Below are positions 43,203 through 54,644 of a stretch of 64,000 nt of DNA, in pieces. The notes beneath the pieces were generated by a model, which was given only the letters and a program-made list of their open reading frames with translations, was not told the origin of the DNA and ran no database searches. The position numbers and the translations under genes are program-made. Source of the DNA: an uncultured archaeon. GTDB lineage: Archaea > Thermoproteota > Bathyarchaeia > Bathyarchaeales > Bathycorpusculaceae. The stretch spans positions 32,001-96,000 of the forward strand of contig CAWALK010000018.1 in assembly GCA_963782915.1 (NCBI GenBank), given 5' to 3'. How positions within the stretch are numbered: the first letter of the stretch is position 1; each line of letters starts with the position of its first letter.

Positions 43203-45056
43203 TCATTTCCTTTTGAACTTCCCCAAATCAGACAGAGGCGAATACTTTGAACCAATCATTTTATAGAGTACCCATTTTGCGCCAATTACATTTCCCAAAA
43301 AAATACCTTCCACCTTACGCAGATTATACTGATGACTCCAACGCATATACTTTAAACTATGAGCTACACGGAGCAAATCGGATTCAAATTTGCTAAGTAA
43401 TGAAAGCTGGGGTTCATCATGGTATAAGCGGTAAAATAGCAACTCGGCTTCAACAGCCCACAACAGATCGGTGCGGGGTGCCATGAAGTCTCGGCTTGAC
43501 GTTCTGCCATGAACGATATGATAAACTTTGACGTTTGGACTAAAAATCATGTTGAGCCCTCGTTTCCAGAGTTGCCAACCTAGAACCATTTCCCAAGCGC
43601 AACCCAAAATCCACTCACTACCCAAATCGATGCTTCTCAGGACATCACCCAAAACCGCCATCGATGGTCCTCTGAGTAGAGCTTTTGTTGCGCCGCGTTT
43701 TCGCCAGTAAGCATTGTTTCCTCGTTCATAGACTAAACCTGAGTTGGCAATGCAGTTCTTGTAGTCTTCAAGCCCTTTTAAAGGGTGACCGAAAAGGGCA
43801 AAATCGTAATGGGTAAAACCAGTTGGAGCTTCGTTTTCTTCGATGATTTGCATTCCGTGGCTGTTCATCAGAACTGGGAATGAGTCGCCTGTGACTCCTG
43901 CTACCTGTTGGGTTTGGAAGATTTTTACTGTTTCTTCTAGCCAGTCGTCGGCTGGGATGGCGTCGTCGTCAAGGAATGCTACTATGTCGCCTGTGGTGTG
44001 TTTTACTCCTAAAAAGTAGGCATCAACTATGTGGCCAGTGGTTTGCTGTACGGTTTTTATTTTCATTTTCGTTGATGCTTGTTTGAGCAGCTCTTCTGTG
44101 CCGTCGCCTGAAGGTTTCACTACAACCACTAAGTCGAAGTTGCGGTAGGTTTGGCGTTCAAACGCAGAAAGCAGATGAGGAAGTATGTCAGCCCGTTTAT
44201 ACGTTGGAATAACAACGGTAACCGAATAATCAGGCAGCTTCGCGTTGTTCTGTTCTTGATGCAATTTGTTGGTCCTCTGGTTTTTTATGTAATGGTCTTC
44301 GCCGTTTAGCCACTTGACTAAATCAAGGTATTTTTCGTATCTTCGGTTACGGGTTGAATCAAAAACATGCAGTTGTTTCTCGTAGTCTTGTATGAAAACG
44401 GTGCAGTTAGAATTCGGTTTAGGCTTCGAGGATAAAAACACCTTATGGGAATAGGGCAATTTTTCGAATCTTTCAAGGTGCTCTTCGCGGTATTCTTCGC
44501 CATCCGAGAACAATACAAAGAGGTTGTCACGGTTGAGGCGTTTAATTCTTCTAACCCATTTTTCTGTAGCTTCTGCTTCTGTCTTGTAATGCATGAAATG
44601 GATTTCTATATCGCCCAGAACACCGATGGGGTATCTGCGTTTGGTCAATTCATAGTGTTTATGTGCCATTTCATGGGTGGTTTCTTTTTTGAACGTCAAG
44701 GGCTGTTTTAGGTACCAATCCATGTTTTCTAGGAATTTGAGGTAGTCGTCTGGGTAAATGTAGGTCCAAATTGTGGGTGTGTTGTATGGTAGTCCAAATT
44801 TGTGGTATATTCCGCCGGCGAAGCAGTTGTTGCCTATTATGGAGAAAGTTTGGTTTTTGAGTTTTCTGCGGGGTATTTTTGAGAAGTATTTGTCGATGAA
44901 ATTCCATTTGATCGAGGATTCAATTTTGTCTTTGTTTAGTAAGTTGAAGAACGCTTGAATGGGCACTGATGATTCACCTACTAAAGGAATCTGCTGTGTT
45001 ATGACGCAATCATGGAACGTATCGGACTTCGCTGCCGCCGTTTGAATAAACAACAC
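43203..45056 (-). CDS. DUF1919 domain followed in frame by a GT2 glycosyltransferase
   Basis: FSIIGNNCFAGGIY..NTPT..IHFMHY (DUF1919); VVIPTYKR, FLDDD (GT2). Confidence 0.78.
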   Translation of the reverse strand: MLFIQTAAAKSDTFHDCVITQQIPLVGESSVPIQAFFNLLNKDKIESSIKWNFIDKYFSKIPRRKLKNQTFSIIGNNCFAGGIYHKFGLPYNTPTIWTYIYPDDYLKFLENMDWYLKQPLTFKKETTHEMAHKHYELTKRRYPIGVLGDIEIHFMHYKTEAEATEKWVRRIKRLNRDNLFVLFSDGEEYREEHLERFEKLPYSHKVFLSSKPKPNSNCTVFIQDYEKQLHVFDSTRNRRYEKYLDLVKWLNGEDHYIKNQRTNKLHQEQNNAKLPDYSVTVVIPTYKRADILPHLLSAFERQTYRNFDLVVVVKPSGDGTEELLKQASTKMKIKTVQQTTGHIVDAYFLGVKHTTGDIVAFLDDDAIPADDWLEETVKIFQTQQVAGVTGDSFPVLMNSHGMQIIEENEAPTGFTHYDFALFGHPLKGLEDYKNCIANSGLVYERGNNAYWRKRGATKALLRGPSMAVLGDVLRSIDLGSEWILGCAWEMVLGWQLWKRGLNMIFSPNVKVYHIVHGRTSSRDFMAPRTDLLWAVEAELLFYRLYHDEPQLSLLSKFESDLLRVAHSLKYMRWSHQYNLRKVEGIFLGNVIGAKWVLYKMIGSKYSPLSDLGKFKRK

Positions 45057-47112
45057 TAGTTTGGTTAACTAACAACGGGATTGAGCCATTGGACGACAAA
45101 TTATCATATTCAATAGTGATATAACTCAAGAACACAAATTCTCCCGAATGAAGGGGGTTCTCGGTTGAAAGTCCCGTTACATAACCACGATAAATTAGGC
45201 CATACGCAGGTACTGCCGAGTAGAGAGCATTGTCTGCTGCAAGATTATATTCATAAGGTACATATTTCGCGACCCACTGCACTCCAGAAACGCTAAACGG
45301 CTCCATAGCCCCATAGTAACCATACAATTGTACTGGGCTCATTCGGTAGCCGCTAAGCGGTACAGACCAACTCTCCGTCCCAGCAACTTCATATACAAAG
45401 TTTGTTTGGAACAAAAAGTACGGAACCAGCACAGCAACCGCGAGTACAATAAACATCAATTCTTTTTTGCGTTTGAAGAGAAATCCCGAAATCATCCATA
45501 TACCGATTGCGCAGAAGGGTGCCAGAATCATTAGCAGTATGTGATAGAACCGCGTCATGGATAGGGCGTTGGCGAGGCCGGGAACAAGTGTTAGCATTAT
45601 GAGGAGAATGACAGTTAAGATGCTAAAGACTATGTAGTCGCGTTCGAATTTGAAGGGAAGCTTTTTTCTAAATAAAGCGATGACTCCGATGACGATGAAT
45701 ATCTCGGTTAGATAGGCAAAGCCTCGGCTTATGGTGTTTAAGAATGATGGTGACTCGGTGAGTCCTAAACCTGCAAGGACAGTTGTTCCTCTTGAGGCAG
45801 GGTTGAAGAATTCGCCTAATTGAGCCGATATGTAGCCAGTGAACGACATGAAGCTTTCAAAGACAACAGCCCCTGAAGTGAAGATGTACCAAACAAACAT
45901 TGCCACAAAGAAGAAGATAATCAGGCTTAACTGCAAATTGAAGCTGGGCCGTTTCAAATAAAATGTGGATGCTGCCCAAGCGGCGAAAATCAGGAATAGA
46001 AAGATTTCTGCTAGGGCGTAATGGCTGAATACTAAGCCGAAGCTTAAGACGGCGAATGTTACGAATTTGCCTTCTCGTTTGATGTTTTTGTTGAGAAGCG
46101 TCAGCAAGAGCAGAACAAAGAATAATTCGCCTATCATTTGGCGGTTTAAGGCGAGCATTTCTGTGAAGAAGGTGGATTGTGCCATGAAGACGAAGGCTGC
46201 GATGAAGCTTAGTTTTTTGCCGATGTAGGGCTGCCAAAGCAGATACAACCCCACAGGAACCAACGCGAAAATCAGTGGATAAATAATTTTGAATACCCAA
46301 GTTGGATCGATGCCAAGCATGTTTGAGTAGACAGTGGGTAGGATGGTGATGCTTAGCATTGCGTTGTATCTGCCGTATCCCTCATCTGTGGGAAAAGCAA
46401 AAACTGGATTCCAATGTGCGCTCTGTTGGGCATTCTGGAACACGAACATTTCAACTGGGGAATCGCCGCCAAAAGGCAAAATATAGTTGGATACCAGTGA
46501 AACATGCATGAGCAGTGCAATGGCTATCATGAGGATAGCGAACGCGTAGCTTTTTGTTGATCGCTCTTTGGCGATGCCTACGGTGAATAAACCTGCAATC
46601 CCCAGAATCATAACTAAAAGGATGATGTTGTTGCCGGTGGCATCGACGAAGAATGCGCCGATGATGCTTAAAACTGGAATAAGCGCAAATAGTAGCATGG
46701 AGCGGCTGAAATTGATGTTTTTAGCTGGTAGAGAGGTTTTTCGGCGGCCTTGTCTTAGGTACGCTGCGGCGGCACCGACGATGATAAGGGTGTTTATGAA
46801 CAATGAGAGCGGCAGAGTTGCGAGTGGGAAAGTTATCCCAGCTAAGTAGCCGAATTGGTTTATGACTAATCCTGCAAGCATCAAAAAGGCTACGCTAAAC
46901 CCAGCTGAGTAGATGATTGATTCGACTAGGCTGAGGTTGTCGAGTTTTAAAATTTTAATCAGTATAAAGCCTGGAACAAAAGTTAGGTATGCGATGCCTA
47001 TGGCTGCTCGGGCGAGTGGAAAATCCAGAAAAAGCGTCACGTACATTATGATTTGCAGAGCTACCACTATGGGTAAGAAATTTTGGGAGATGTATTGCTG
47101 ATTAATATTCAT
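45010..47112 (-). CDS. DUF2206 polytopic membrane protein
   Basis: 700 aa, many TMs, YNAMLSITILPTVYS, RQMIGELF, VFSHYA, RFYHI. Confidence 0.85.
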   Translation of the reverse strand: MNINQQYISQNFLPIVVALQIIMYVTLFLDFPLARAAIGIAYLTFVPGFILIKILKLDNLSLVESIIYSAGFSVAFLMLAGLVINQFGYLAGITFPLATLPLSLFINTLIIVGAAAAYLRQGRRKTSLPAKNINFSRSMLLFALIPVLSIIGAFFVDATGNNIILLVMILGIAGLFTVGIAKERSTKSYAFAILMIAIALLMHVSLVSNYILPFGGDSPVEMFVFQNAQQSAHWNPVFAFPTDEGYGRYNAMLSITILPTVYSNMLGIDPTWVFKIIYPLIFALVPVGLYLLWQPYIGKKLSFIAAFVFMAQSTFFTEMLALNRQMIGELFFVLLLLTLLNKNIKREGKFVTFAVLSFGLVFSHYALAEIFLFLIFAAWAASTFYLKRPSFNLQLSLIIFFFVAMFVWYIFTSGAVVFESFMSFTGYISAQLGEFFNPASRGTTVLAGLGLTESPSFLNTISRGFAYLTEIFIVIGVIALFRKKLPFKFERDYIVFSILTVILLIMLTLVPGLANALSMTRFYHILLMILAPFCAIGIWMISGFLFKRKKELMFIVLAVAVLVPYFLFQTNFVYEVAGTESWSVPLSGYRMSPVQLYGYYGAMEPFSVSGVQWVAKYVPYEYNLAADNALYSAVPAYGLIYRGYVTGLSTENPLHSGEFVFLSYITIEYDNLSSNGSIPLLVNQTSVVYSNGGSEVRYVP

Positions 47113-47131
47113 CGATTCTTCGCCAACAAAA

Positions 47132-48323
47132 CTACTGTTTTATTACTGAACGGTAAATCTGCGACATTTTCGGTGCGACCGCACGTATATCATAGCCCTG
47201 CACGGTTTGAACGCCGTTAAATGCAATGTTTTCTCTTAGTGATCGGTCTTCTATGGCGCGTATTAGTTTGGCTGCTAAGTCATCGACGTTGTTGGGTTCA
47301 AAAAGCAACCCGCTGAATTCGTCGCTCACGGTTTCTTTTAGTACGCCAAATTTCGGGGCCACAACCGCGAGTCCAGAAGCCCAAGCCTCGAGGGTGGCGA
47401 TGTAGCCGAAGTTTGTGGCGACAAACACGTCGCTTTGCCAGAGATATTTTCTGACATCGGTTTGTTTGCCCGTCATGGTTACGGCGTCGTCAAGTTTGAG
47501 TTCGGATATCATCTGTTTTAGGGTTTCGAACATTCGTCCGTAGCCAACGATGGTTAATTTAGCGTTGGGTAATTGGTCATGGACTTTTTTGAACGCTTTA
47601 ACGACTAAATCGGGGGTCTGTACGGGTTCGAGTCGGCCTACATAGATAACAGTTACATCGTGGGGGATGTGCTGCGGTGGGGTTTTTGAAGTGGGGCGTA
47701 TCGACAAAGTTGGTTACGAGATGGCTTTTTTCGCCTAACCCCAATTTCTGCAGTGTGCCCAAAACTTCTTTGGAGTAAGTGGTGATTGCAGCGACGTCAT
47801 CTTCAAGGATGCTTCGCACTACGGGTGATTCGAGTGGCATGCCGCCATGCATTGGGTCCCCAACGTAGCCGCCATGCAAGGTAACAACCAGCGGCTTATG
47901 GAAATGTCGGCTTAGATAGATTCCTAAGTTGATGTATTCTAGGTCTCTCCATATGCCATGGATGTGGAAGGCGTCGGCGGTTTTGGCGACTTTCCAGTTT
48001 GCAGCTTCAGCGTATAGGGTTGCAAACTTCATTTTGTCTACGAGTTTAGGTGTTGAGCCAAGCGTGTACATGCAGAAGCCGTTGATTAAGTCAACTGCGT
48101 TTGGTCCTAGGCGATAGACTTTGAGGAAACCTGCGTCTTCATATTTTTTTATGTTTTTTGTTAAGAGTAAGATTTTGGTTCGTCCTGTGATCAGTGAGAA
48201 GTCGATGTCTTCTTTTTTTGCTAGGTAATTGGTTAACCATAGGATGTAGCGTTCTAAGCCGCCGATTTCGATGGGCCAGAATCGTTCCCAGACGTGACAG
48301 ACATGCAAAAATGGATACCTCAA
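47132..48323 (-). CDS. GT4 glycosyltransferase (frameshifted)
   Basis: GGLERY, TLHG, YVGRL, LEAWASGLAVV. Confidence 0.87.
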
Positions 48324-48332
48324 AAAATGCTG

Positions 48333-48992
48333 TTATGCGACCCAAGCGATGTTTTCTTTAATGATTTTCGCTGGCACACCACCCACTAAACAGTGTGGCG
48401 GCACATCTTTTGTGACAATGGCGCCTGCAGCAACTACTGCACCGTCACCGATTTTTACGCCCTTCATAATTATTGCTCGGTTGCCGATGAATACGTGGCT
48501 GCCGATTTCGATGGGTGAAGCCATGACTGCGCCTTCCCGTGAGATTTGGTGGAAGTCGGTGTCGACGATTTCTACGTCCCATGCGATGCCAGTGTTGTCG
48601 CCTATCTTAAGGCTGGTTGTAGCTATGAGGGTCGTGTTGGAGTTGATGCAAACGTTTTTTCCAAGTTCCACGTTGGCGTTTTTGAAGATTTCCAGTATTA
48701 CGCCGCCGCCTATGCGGACGTTGCCGTTGATTTTGAGTTTGCTGTTCTCTCCCATGGCAAAGCGGGCTGGTTTAGTGGCTGGAAAAAAATCTTTAGCTAC
48801 CAAACCCAGTGTTAGGTAGCCGTTGTTTGTTATCTGCGCTGTTTTATGGATATGCAAAATTGTTTTGCCATCTATGAGTAGTGCGCGTGGTGAGGATTTG
48901 CAGACGTATACTCTGCCTCTTCGGTATACTGAATAACTCTTGTACAAAGTTCTTGGTCCGATTTTATAGATTTTTATCAAATTCAAATTCAA
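48333..48992 (-). CDS. Hexapeptide acyltransferase
   Basis: [33 protein letters not shown]. Confidence 0.9.
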   Translation of the reverse strand: MNLNLIKIYKIGPRTLYKSYSVYRRGRVYVCKSSPRALLIDGKTILHIHKTAQITNNGYLTLGLVAKDFFPATKPARFAMGENSKLKINGNVRIGGGVILEIFKNANVELGKNVCINSNTTLIATTSLKIGDNTGIAWDVEIVDTDFHQISREGAVMASPIEIGSHVFIGNRAIIMKGVKIGDGAVVAAGAIVTKDVPPHCLVGGVPAKIIKENIAWVA

Positions 48993-48994
48993 CT

Positions 48995-50116
48995 TTATGA
49001 TCTCCCAAAATACCCATTGAAGTAATCCATGAAATGTTCAGAGAAACTCTGAAGTGAAAACTTGGATGCAACCACTGTGCTTTCGTCACATTTCTTGGGT
49101 GACCAATCAGCGATTTCAGAGGTGATTTTTTGTGCTGCCTGCTCTATTGGGGTATAGCGGTTTTGTGCTGGAACGAATTCTCTCATGCCGCCTGAGTCAT
49201 GAACTATGGGGATGCAGCCAAACGCCATAGCTTCAACGATGGAGATGCCGAAGTGTTCCCCTTCCATAGTGTGCAGATAAATTTTTGCTCTTTTCAGCAA
49301 CTCAACTTTTTGTTGAGCAGAAGCATTAGGATAAAACTTGACCCTGTCTTCTAAATGGGATTTCTTAACTAACCCTTCTAGATAGGTGAGGGTAGGTTGG
49401 CTGCATAGGCGGCCGATTACTGCAAACTTTATGTCGCTGCTTGTTTGGGCAGCGATTTTTGGGATGCGTTCTAAAAGTTTGTTTGAGTCTAAACGTGAAA
49501 CCGTAACTACCAAGTTCTCGTCAGGATTTTTAGTTGCGTCTTTGCCCAATTCAGCTATGGTGGATGGGAACGGTGGATAGAGCACTTCGGCGGTTTTGTG
49601 TGAGTACCGTTGGATTTCTTTGGCTGTGTAGTGGCTGTTGGCTAAGACAAGGTGCTTATCGTAGTCGATGAGGTTTTTTTCTAGGATGACGTGTGGGAGG
49701 GTGCCTGCTTGGTTGATGCGTGGGCGGTTTAGGTATGGAAAGGTTGAGTTGAAGGCGAAACGGTTTAGGTATGGGAAGTGGATGTAGCTGATTTGTGTCC
49801 AGGGGTAGACGCAGTTTGAGAAGGCGTCGATGAAGGTGCTGCATTTGTTTTTGGCGATGTAGGAGTGGATTATGGTTTGGTAGAAGTCGCCTAGGCCGCG
49901 CGGGGTGAAGTTGGTGGGTTGCTGGAGGGTTTGGATTTTGGGGTGGAGGGTTTCTCCGAAGTAGTTTTTGATGGCTGTGGGGTTGATTTTGTCGCTTGAG
50001 AAGAGTACAACGTCATGGTTGTTCTGCGCGAGGGTGTTGGCGATGGCGATTGCGACGAATTCTCCGCCGCCATAAACGTTTAAGGTGGGGCAGAATACGC
50101 CGATTTTACCTGGCAT
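48995..50116 (-). CDS. GT4 glycosyltransferase (Alg11-like)
   Basis: [31 protein letters not shown]. Confidence 0.9.
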   Translation of the reverse strand: MPGKIGVFCPTLNVYGGGEFVAIAIANTLAQNNHDVVLFSSDKINPTAIKNYFGETLHPKIQTLQQPTNFTPRGLGDFYQTIIHSYIAKNKCSTFIDAFSNCVYPWTQISYIHFPYLNRFAFNSTFPYLNRPRINQAGTLPHVILEKNLIDYDKHLVLANSHYTAKEIQRYSHKTAEVLYPPFPSTIAELGKDATKNPDENLVVTVSRLDSNKLLERIPKIAAQTSSDIKFAVIGRLCSQPTLTYLEGLVKKSHLEDRVKFYPNASAQQKVELLKRAKIYLHTMEGEHFGISIVEAMAFGCIPIVHDSGGMREFVPAQNRYTPIEQAAQKITSEIADWSPKKCDESTVVASKFSLQSFSEHFMDYFNGYFGRS

Positions 50117-50317
50117 TGATTAGTCGCCTGTGGGGATACAAAATAACCGTATTTTTGCTATTTCAACAAAATTGAGTTTTCCGCTTGGTTTTTGCCTGAA
50201 TTTGTAGGCATATTCCTTGCAAATTCACCTTCGCAAAGCGCATAACTCGCGTTTTCAAGAGCGTATAAGTATGATCCAGACTAAGTAGGTTTTCAAATTC
50301 AGGAAGAGAGAGAAAAA

Positions 50318-52001
50318 ATGAATATACAAACAATAGCAAACACATTGCACTCCCTAAATGCCAGGAAGCTTGCAAAGCCAATTGCTATAGCCATCACTGC
50401 ATTGTTTTTAATCAGTATGGTTTCAGCGCTTTCAGCAGGCACTGTAAAAGCAGCAACGACAACTTCTGCGTTGCACACTTCTGGATCCTACATCTTAGAC
50501 GCTAACGGAAACAGCGTCTACCTCCGCGGCATGGGAATGGCCGGATTCGCGCCAGACCTATTGATGTTTGGTCAAGGAGGAAGCGATAACTGGGGCAATC
50601 AATGGAACCCAGATACCAATGTTATGGACCAGACATTTGCAGCGATGCAATCTCAATGGCACATTAACATGATCCGCGTCTTCATTTACCCAAGCTGGTA
50701 CTACCGAGACAACATTGTTCCAGCACAAGAAGACCCAACAAACTACGGATCATACACTACTCCAATCAGCGTAAAAACTTACTTGAAAACTCTTAGCACA
50801 AGAAGCAGACAAATACGGAATCTACGTTGACATCGTACCATACATGCTAACACCATCAGCAAGCTCCTTTGGAAACGACAAATACGCAACCCCCAGCTTC
50901 GGTTGGCAAGGAATGCCAATGATGGGTTGGGATGAAGCAGGCACAAGATTCCTCAGCGAAGCAGGCTACGGAAGCAACGAACAAGGCTTCTGGAGCATGT
51001 TCTGGACTGACATGGCAAACAACCTCAAAGGCTATCCAAACGTAATCTTTGACGCATGGAATGAACCAAACGTGGGCAGCGACGTAGACATGATCCCAGC
51101 AGGATACATGACTTATCTACAAACAATGTACACAGCCGTCCGATCAACAGGCGCAACCAACTTAATCATGATGCAATGGCACATGGGCTGGTTCCCAAAC
51201 GGCTACGGTAACAGTCTAAGCTGGGTAAAACAAATCGACGACACAATCCACCCAACCAACATGGTATACACAACGCACCTCTACTACTATGCACCAACCG
51301 ACCTAAGCTCATACTGGGCAACAGACTACGCAGGACTCAAAACTCAATTACAAACAGGCATTGACAGCATGGGCATAGCCGCTCCATTGGTCATCAATGA
51401 AGAAGGCTCATGTCTATCGTACTCACAAAACAGACAAAGAGACGTAACATGGTGGACAAACCTACTACAAGCTCAACGTGACTTAAACATCGGCGCAGGC
51501 GCATACTACTGGCTTAGCGACGCAGGTTTAGGCCCAGTCTACGCGGGAGAGTCAATGCTTAGCAGTGGATACTCACCAAACGATATGGGACAAGCCTACA
51601 TCAACGCATACAAAGCAGGTTCAACTCAGGTCGAAACACCAGCAGCAACCGCAACTCCAACACCGACTGCAACTCCATCACCAACACCAGTCGCTACACC
51701 ATCACCGACACCAGCACCAACCGTTGCACCAACACCCGAACCAACAGCAACACCAGCACCAACACCGGTCGCAACCCCAACACCTACACCAGAACCAACA
51801 ACAACTCCAACACAGACCCCTGCACCAACAAGCACATCAACACCAACAAACGCTACAGCACCAACAACGCCAACCCAACCATCAACACCAGAACCAACAC
51901 CAGCACAGAGCGTCGATACAGTTCAAGGATTCTTCTACCGACACTGGTTTGTCTTCTACTGGCCACGATACAGCTCGTGGTTCGCTTTCAACCTCTGGTA
52001 A
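50318..52001 (+). CDS. Secreted GH5 (cellulase-family) glycoside hydrolase with Pro/Thr linker and aromatic C-terminal tail (frameshift near 50800)
   Basis: Signal peptide, LHTSGSYILDANG..LRG, NMIRV, WNEP (acid/base), HLY, INEEG (nucleophile region). Confidence 0.85.
51630..51905 (+). repeat. Low-complexity Pro/Thr/Ala coding repeat (linker)
   Basis: ACACCA/GCACCA iterations encoding TPTPTATP. Confidence 0.85.
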
Positions 52002-52050
52002 ATAGCAGTGTAAAAAACAATCAACCTTTCCTTTTTTATTTTTTTTATCG

Positions 52051-52954
52051 TTAATTTTGTTTTAGTTGTCCCTTCATGAAACCGAAGGTCCAAGCGGTAA
52101 GCTTCAATCCATAATGAAGCGGCAGAAGAAACATCTGTTTTTGTCCCAGAAACTTGTACGCCGGAAAAGAATACAATAGACCCGTTACTAAACCCGCGAT
52201 GGGTGACATTCTGGGGACTGAAAAGGCGCCTCGGGTTTTTTGGAAGCTTCTCTGGCAACCATAACCATACCAATAATATTTTTTCATTAATGCATGAGGG
52301 GTAGATAAGCCGCCGTGTAATTCGTAGAGTTCGGCGTTGTTAGCTTCAATGAGCCAACCAGCTTTTTTGATTCTTAAAACTAAATCGATATCTTCGCCTG
52401 CACCTTTGATGGTCTCGTCAAAACCGTGGACCTGCCTTATTGCTGTTATCCTGAAGGTTGTTCCGCCTGTGCCGATGAGTTTGTCCGTTTTTAAAAGATA
52501 ACGTTTGGGTTTGCCGTAGCTTTTTTGGTTAACGATGTTTGGGGCGACTTCGAGGTTGAGAATTAAGTTACCTTGGACTGTTTTGAATACGCCTGCGGTG
52601 ATGCCTACTTGTGGGTTGTTTTCCATAACTTCAACTTGGGTTTTAACGTAGTCACGTGTCAGTATTTCGTCGGCATCCACAAAGAGGAGGTATTTGCCGT
52701 CTGATTTGCTGACGATAAAGTTTCGGGCGCATCCCAGACCCTGCCAAGAGGATTTGAAAGCTCTTGCGCGGCCTGCCAAGCTCTTCAACATATTTTTTTA
52801 GTATTTGCGGGGTTTTGTCGGTGCTGCCATCGTCGACTATGATTAGTTGGATTTGGTTTTGGGGGTAGCTTTGGTTGAGTATGCTGTCGAGGGCGTTTGG
52901 GAGCATTTTTTCGCCGTTTTTAACGCAGATACCAACGGTGACGAGTGCACTCAT
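52051..52954 (-). CDS. GT2 glycosyltransferase (frameshifted)
   Basis: VTVGICVKNG, VDDGSTD, FVDAD, GEDID. Confidence 0.88.
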
Positions 52955-52982
52955 ATCATATCCTCAAAAGTCAAAGTTTGGT

Positions 52983-53453
52983 TTACTGGGTTTCTAGGGG
53001 TTTTAGGAATTTGATGGGTTTTGCTGGAATACCCACGGCTAAACAGTTATCAGGAATGTCTTGTGTGACGACGGCGCCGGCGCCGATAACAGAGTTTTCT
53101 CCGATGGTTACGCCTGGTAGGATCGTTACGTTGATGGATATTCGGGCGCCATTTTTGATGACGACTGGTTTTATTCCGCCTTCGCCTGCCTTAAAACCCC
53201 ACATCACATTCGAGTGGGATAGCACATAATCGTAGCCTGCGAGGATAACGTTGTCGCCGATGGTTATGTCTGGAAACATGACATCCATAAAGACGTGGCT
53301 ACCGAAAACAAATGGAGTGCCGATTTTGATGCCTGCCCACTGGTACATTTTTACTCTCATGCCTTGTGAGGGGGCGTTCATGCCCATGTAGCGGAGGAAC
53401 ATTTTAAGGAATGTTCGCATAGGATTTTTGTCTCGGTATTGTTTTGTTTTCAA
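52983..53453 (-). CDS. Hexapeptide acyltransferase
   Basis: LPGVTIGENSVIGAGAVVTQDIP, GIPAK. Confidence 0.9.
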   Translation of the reverse strand: MKTKQYRDKNPMRTFLKMFLRYMGMNAPSQGMRVKMYQWAGIKIGTPFVFGSHVFMDVMFPDITIGDNVILAGYDYVLSHSNVMWGFKAGEGGIKPVVIKNGARISINVTILPGVTIGENSVIGAGAVVTQDIPDNCLAVGIPAKPIKFLKPLETQ

Positions 53454-53468
53454 ATGATTACCTACATG

Positions 53469-54383
53469 TTAGTGGGTTTTATGTCCGTAACCGTTGAGGT
53501 GGGCATTACAGAAACCGACAAACCAAGCAAGTCGCTTGTATGTGTAATGTACTGGCAGTAGGAAGAACGATTTGTTATGTGTGAGTAAGTAGGCGCCTGG
53601 TGAACGTAGGATTCCAGCTATGAAGCCTCCTATGGGTGACATTTTTATTAGATTAAGCGAGTCGGGGTCTTTGTGGAAGATGTAGTGTGCGCCTTTGCCG
53701 TACCAGACATATTGTTTCCAAAGTGACTGCCAAGACGCCCGTGTGGATTCAGTGAACATTTCTTTGGTTACTGCTAATTCCCAGCCTTTTTGTCGGACTC
53801 GGTAAGCCATCTCTGTGTCTTCGGCTGCGCCGTTGATTTGGGTGTCAAAGCCTCCGACGCCTCTGACTGCTTCAACTCGGTAGATTGCGCCTTCAGCGCC
53901 GGGCAGATACCCAAATTTGAGGCGTTTGCGCGGTTGCCAAATACTGAGTCAACGGCGTAAACGATGTTTTCGAGGTCAGCTGCTAAGCCGTGGCCGATGT
54001 GGACGTTGTATTTGCCGCCTGCGATGCCAACGTTGGGGTGTTGTTCCATGTAGGCAACTTGGTTTTCGAGGTAATCGGGGGCGAGGGTCATGTCGGCGTC
54101 TAGCCAGATGATGTATTTGCCGCTGGCTTGCTGCACGACCATTTGGCGTGCGATGCCCAATCCACTGGTTTTCGTTGAGGATTTTTACTTGGCCGAATTC
54201 TGCTTTGAGGTTATCTTGGATTACTTGGACGGTGCCGTCTTGGCTGTTGCCGTCAACAACTAATAGCTCTGTGTTTTGGGCTGGAAAAGTTTGGTTACAC
54301 AGACTATCGATTGCGGTTTTGACCAGATCAGCGCCGTTTTTGACGCAGAAGCCAACGGTTACTGTGATAGGGTTAACTGTCAA
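53469..54383 (-). CDS. GT2 glycosyltransferase (frameshifted; paralogue of 52051..52954)
   Basis: VTVGFCVKNG, VDGNSQD, WLDAD, WYGKG. Confidence 0.85.
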
Positions 54384-54400
54384 GGGATTCAACCTAAATC

Positions 54401-54442
54401 TTTCTATATATAGGGGAGGGGGGTAGCTGGCAGAGCAACAAA
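54401..54442 (+). repeat. Dispersed G-rich repeat, copy D (weaker copy E at 54594-54613)
   Basis: TTTCTATATATAGGGGAGGGGGGTAGCTGGCAGAGCAACAAA; CCTATATAAGAGGGGGATAG. Confidence 0.7.
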
Positions 54443-54644
54443 CCCGTGCGCTATAAACGCAAAACCTGATGAGTTCTCGGCACAACTGCCTAGACACCAG
54501 CAGGTTCTCACCAGCAGCCGCATAGAACATGAAGCCGCCAACAACCAACAAACGCCCACCATACGCCTATAATTTTCGTCAGCATTCATTGAGCCTATAT
54601 AAGAGGGGGATAGAGAAAAAATCGCACACAAGAGCCAAAGCATG

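Noticed and set aside
51565-52005. Gln/His-rich and Val/Gly-rich ORFs
   Set aside because: Alternate-frame and antisense shadows of the Pro/Thr linker of the GH5
53976-54643. ORF extensions across the 54400-54640 spacer
   Set aside because: They run through the G-rich repeats; the GT2 most plausibly starts at TTG 54383
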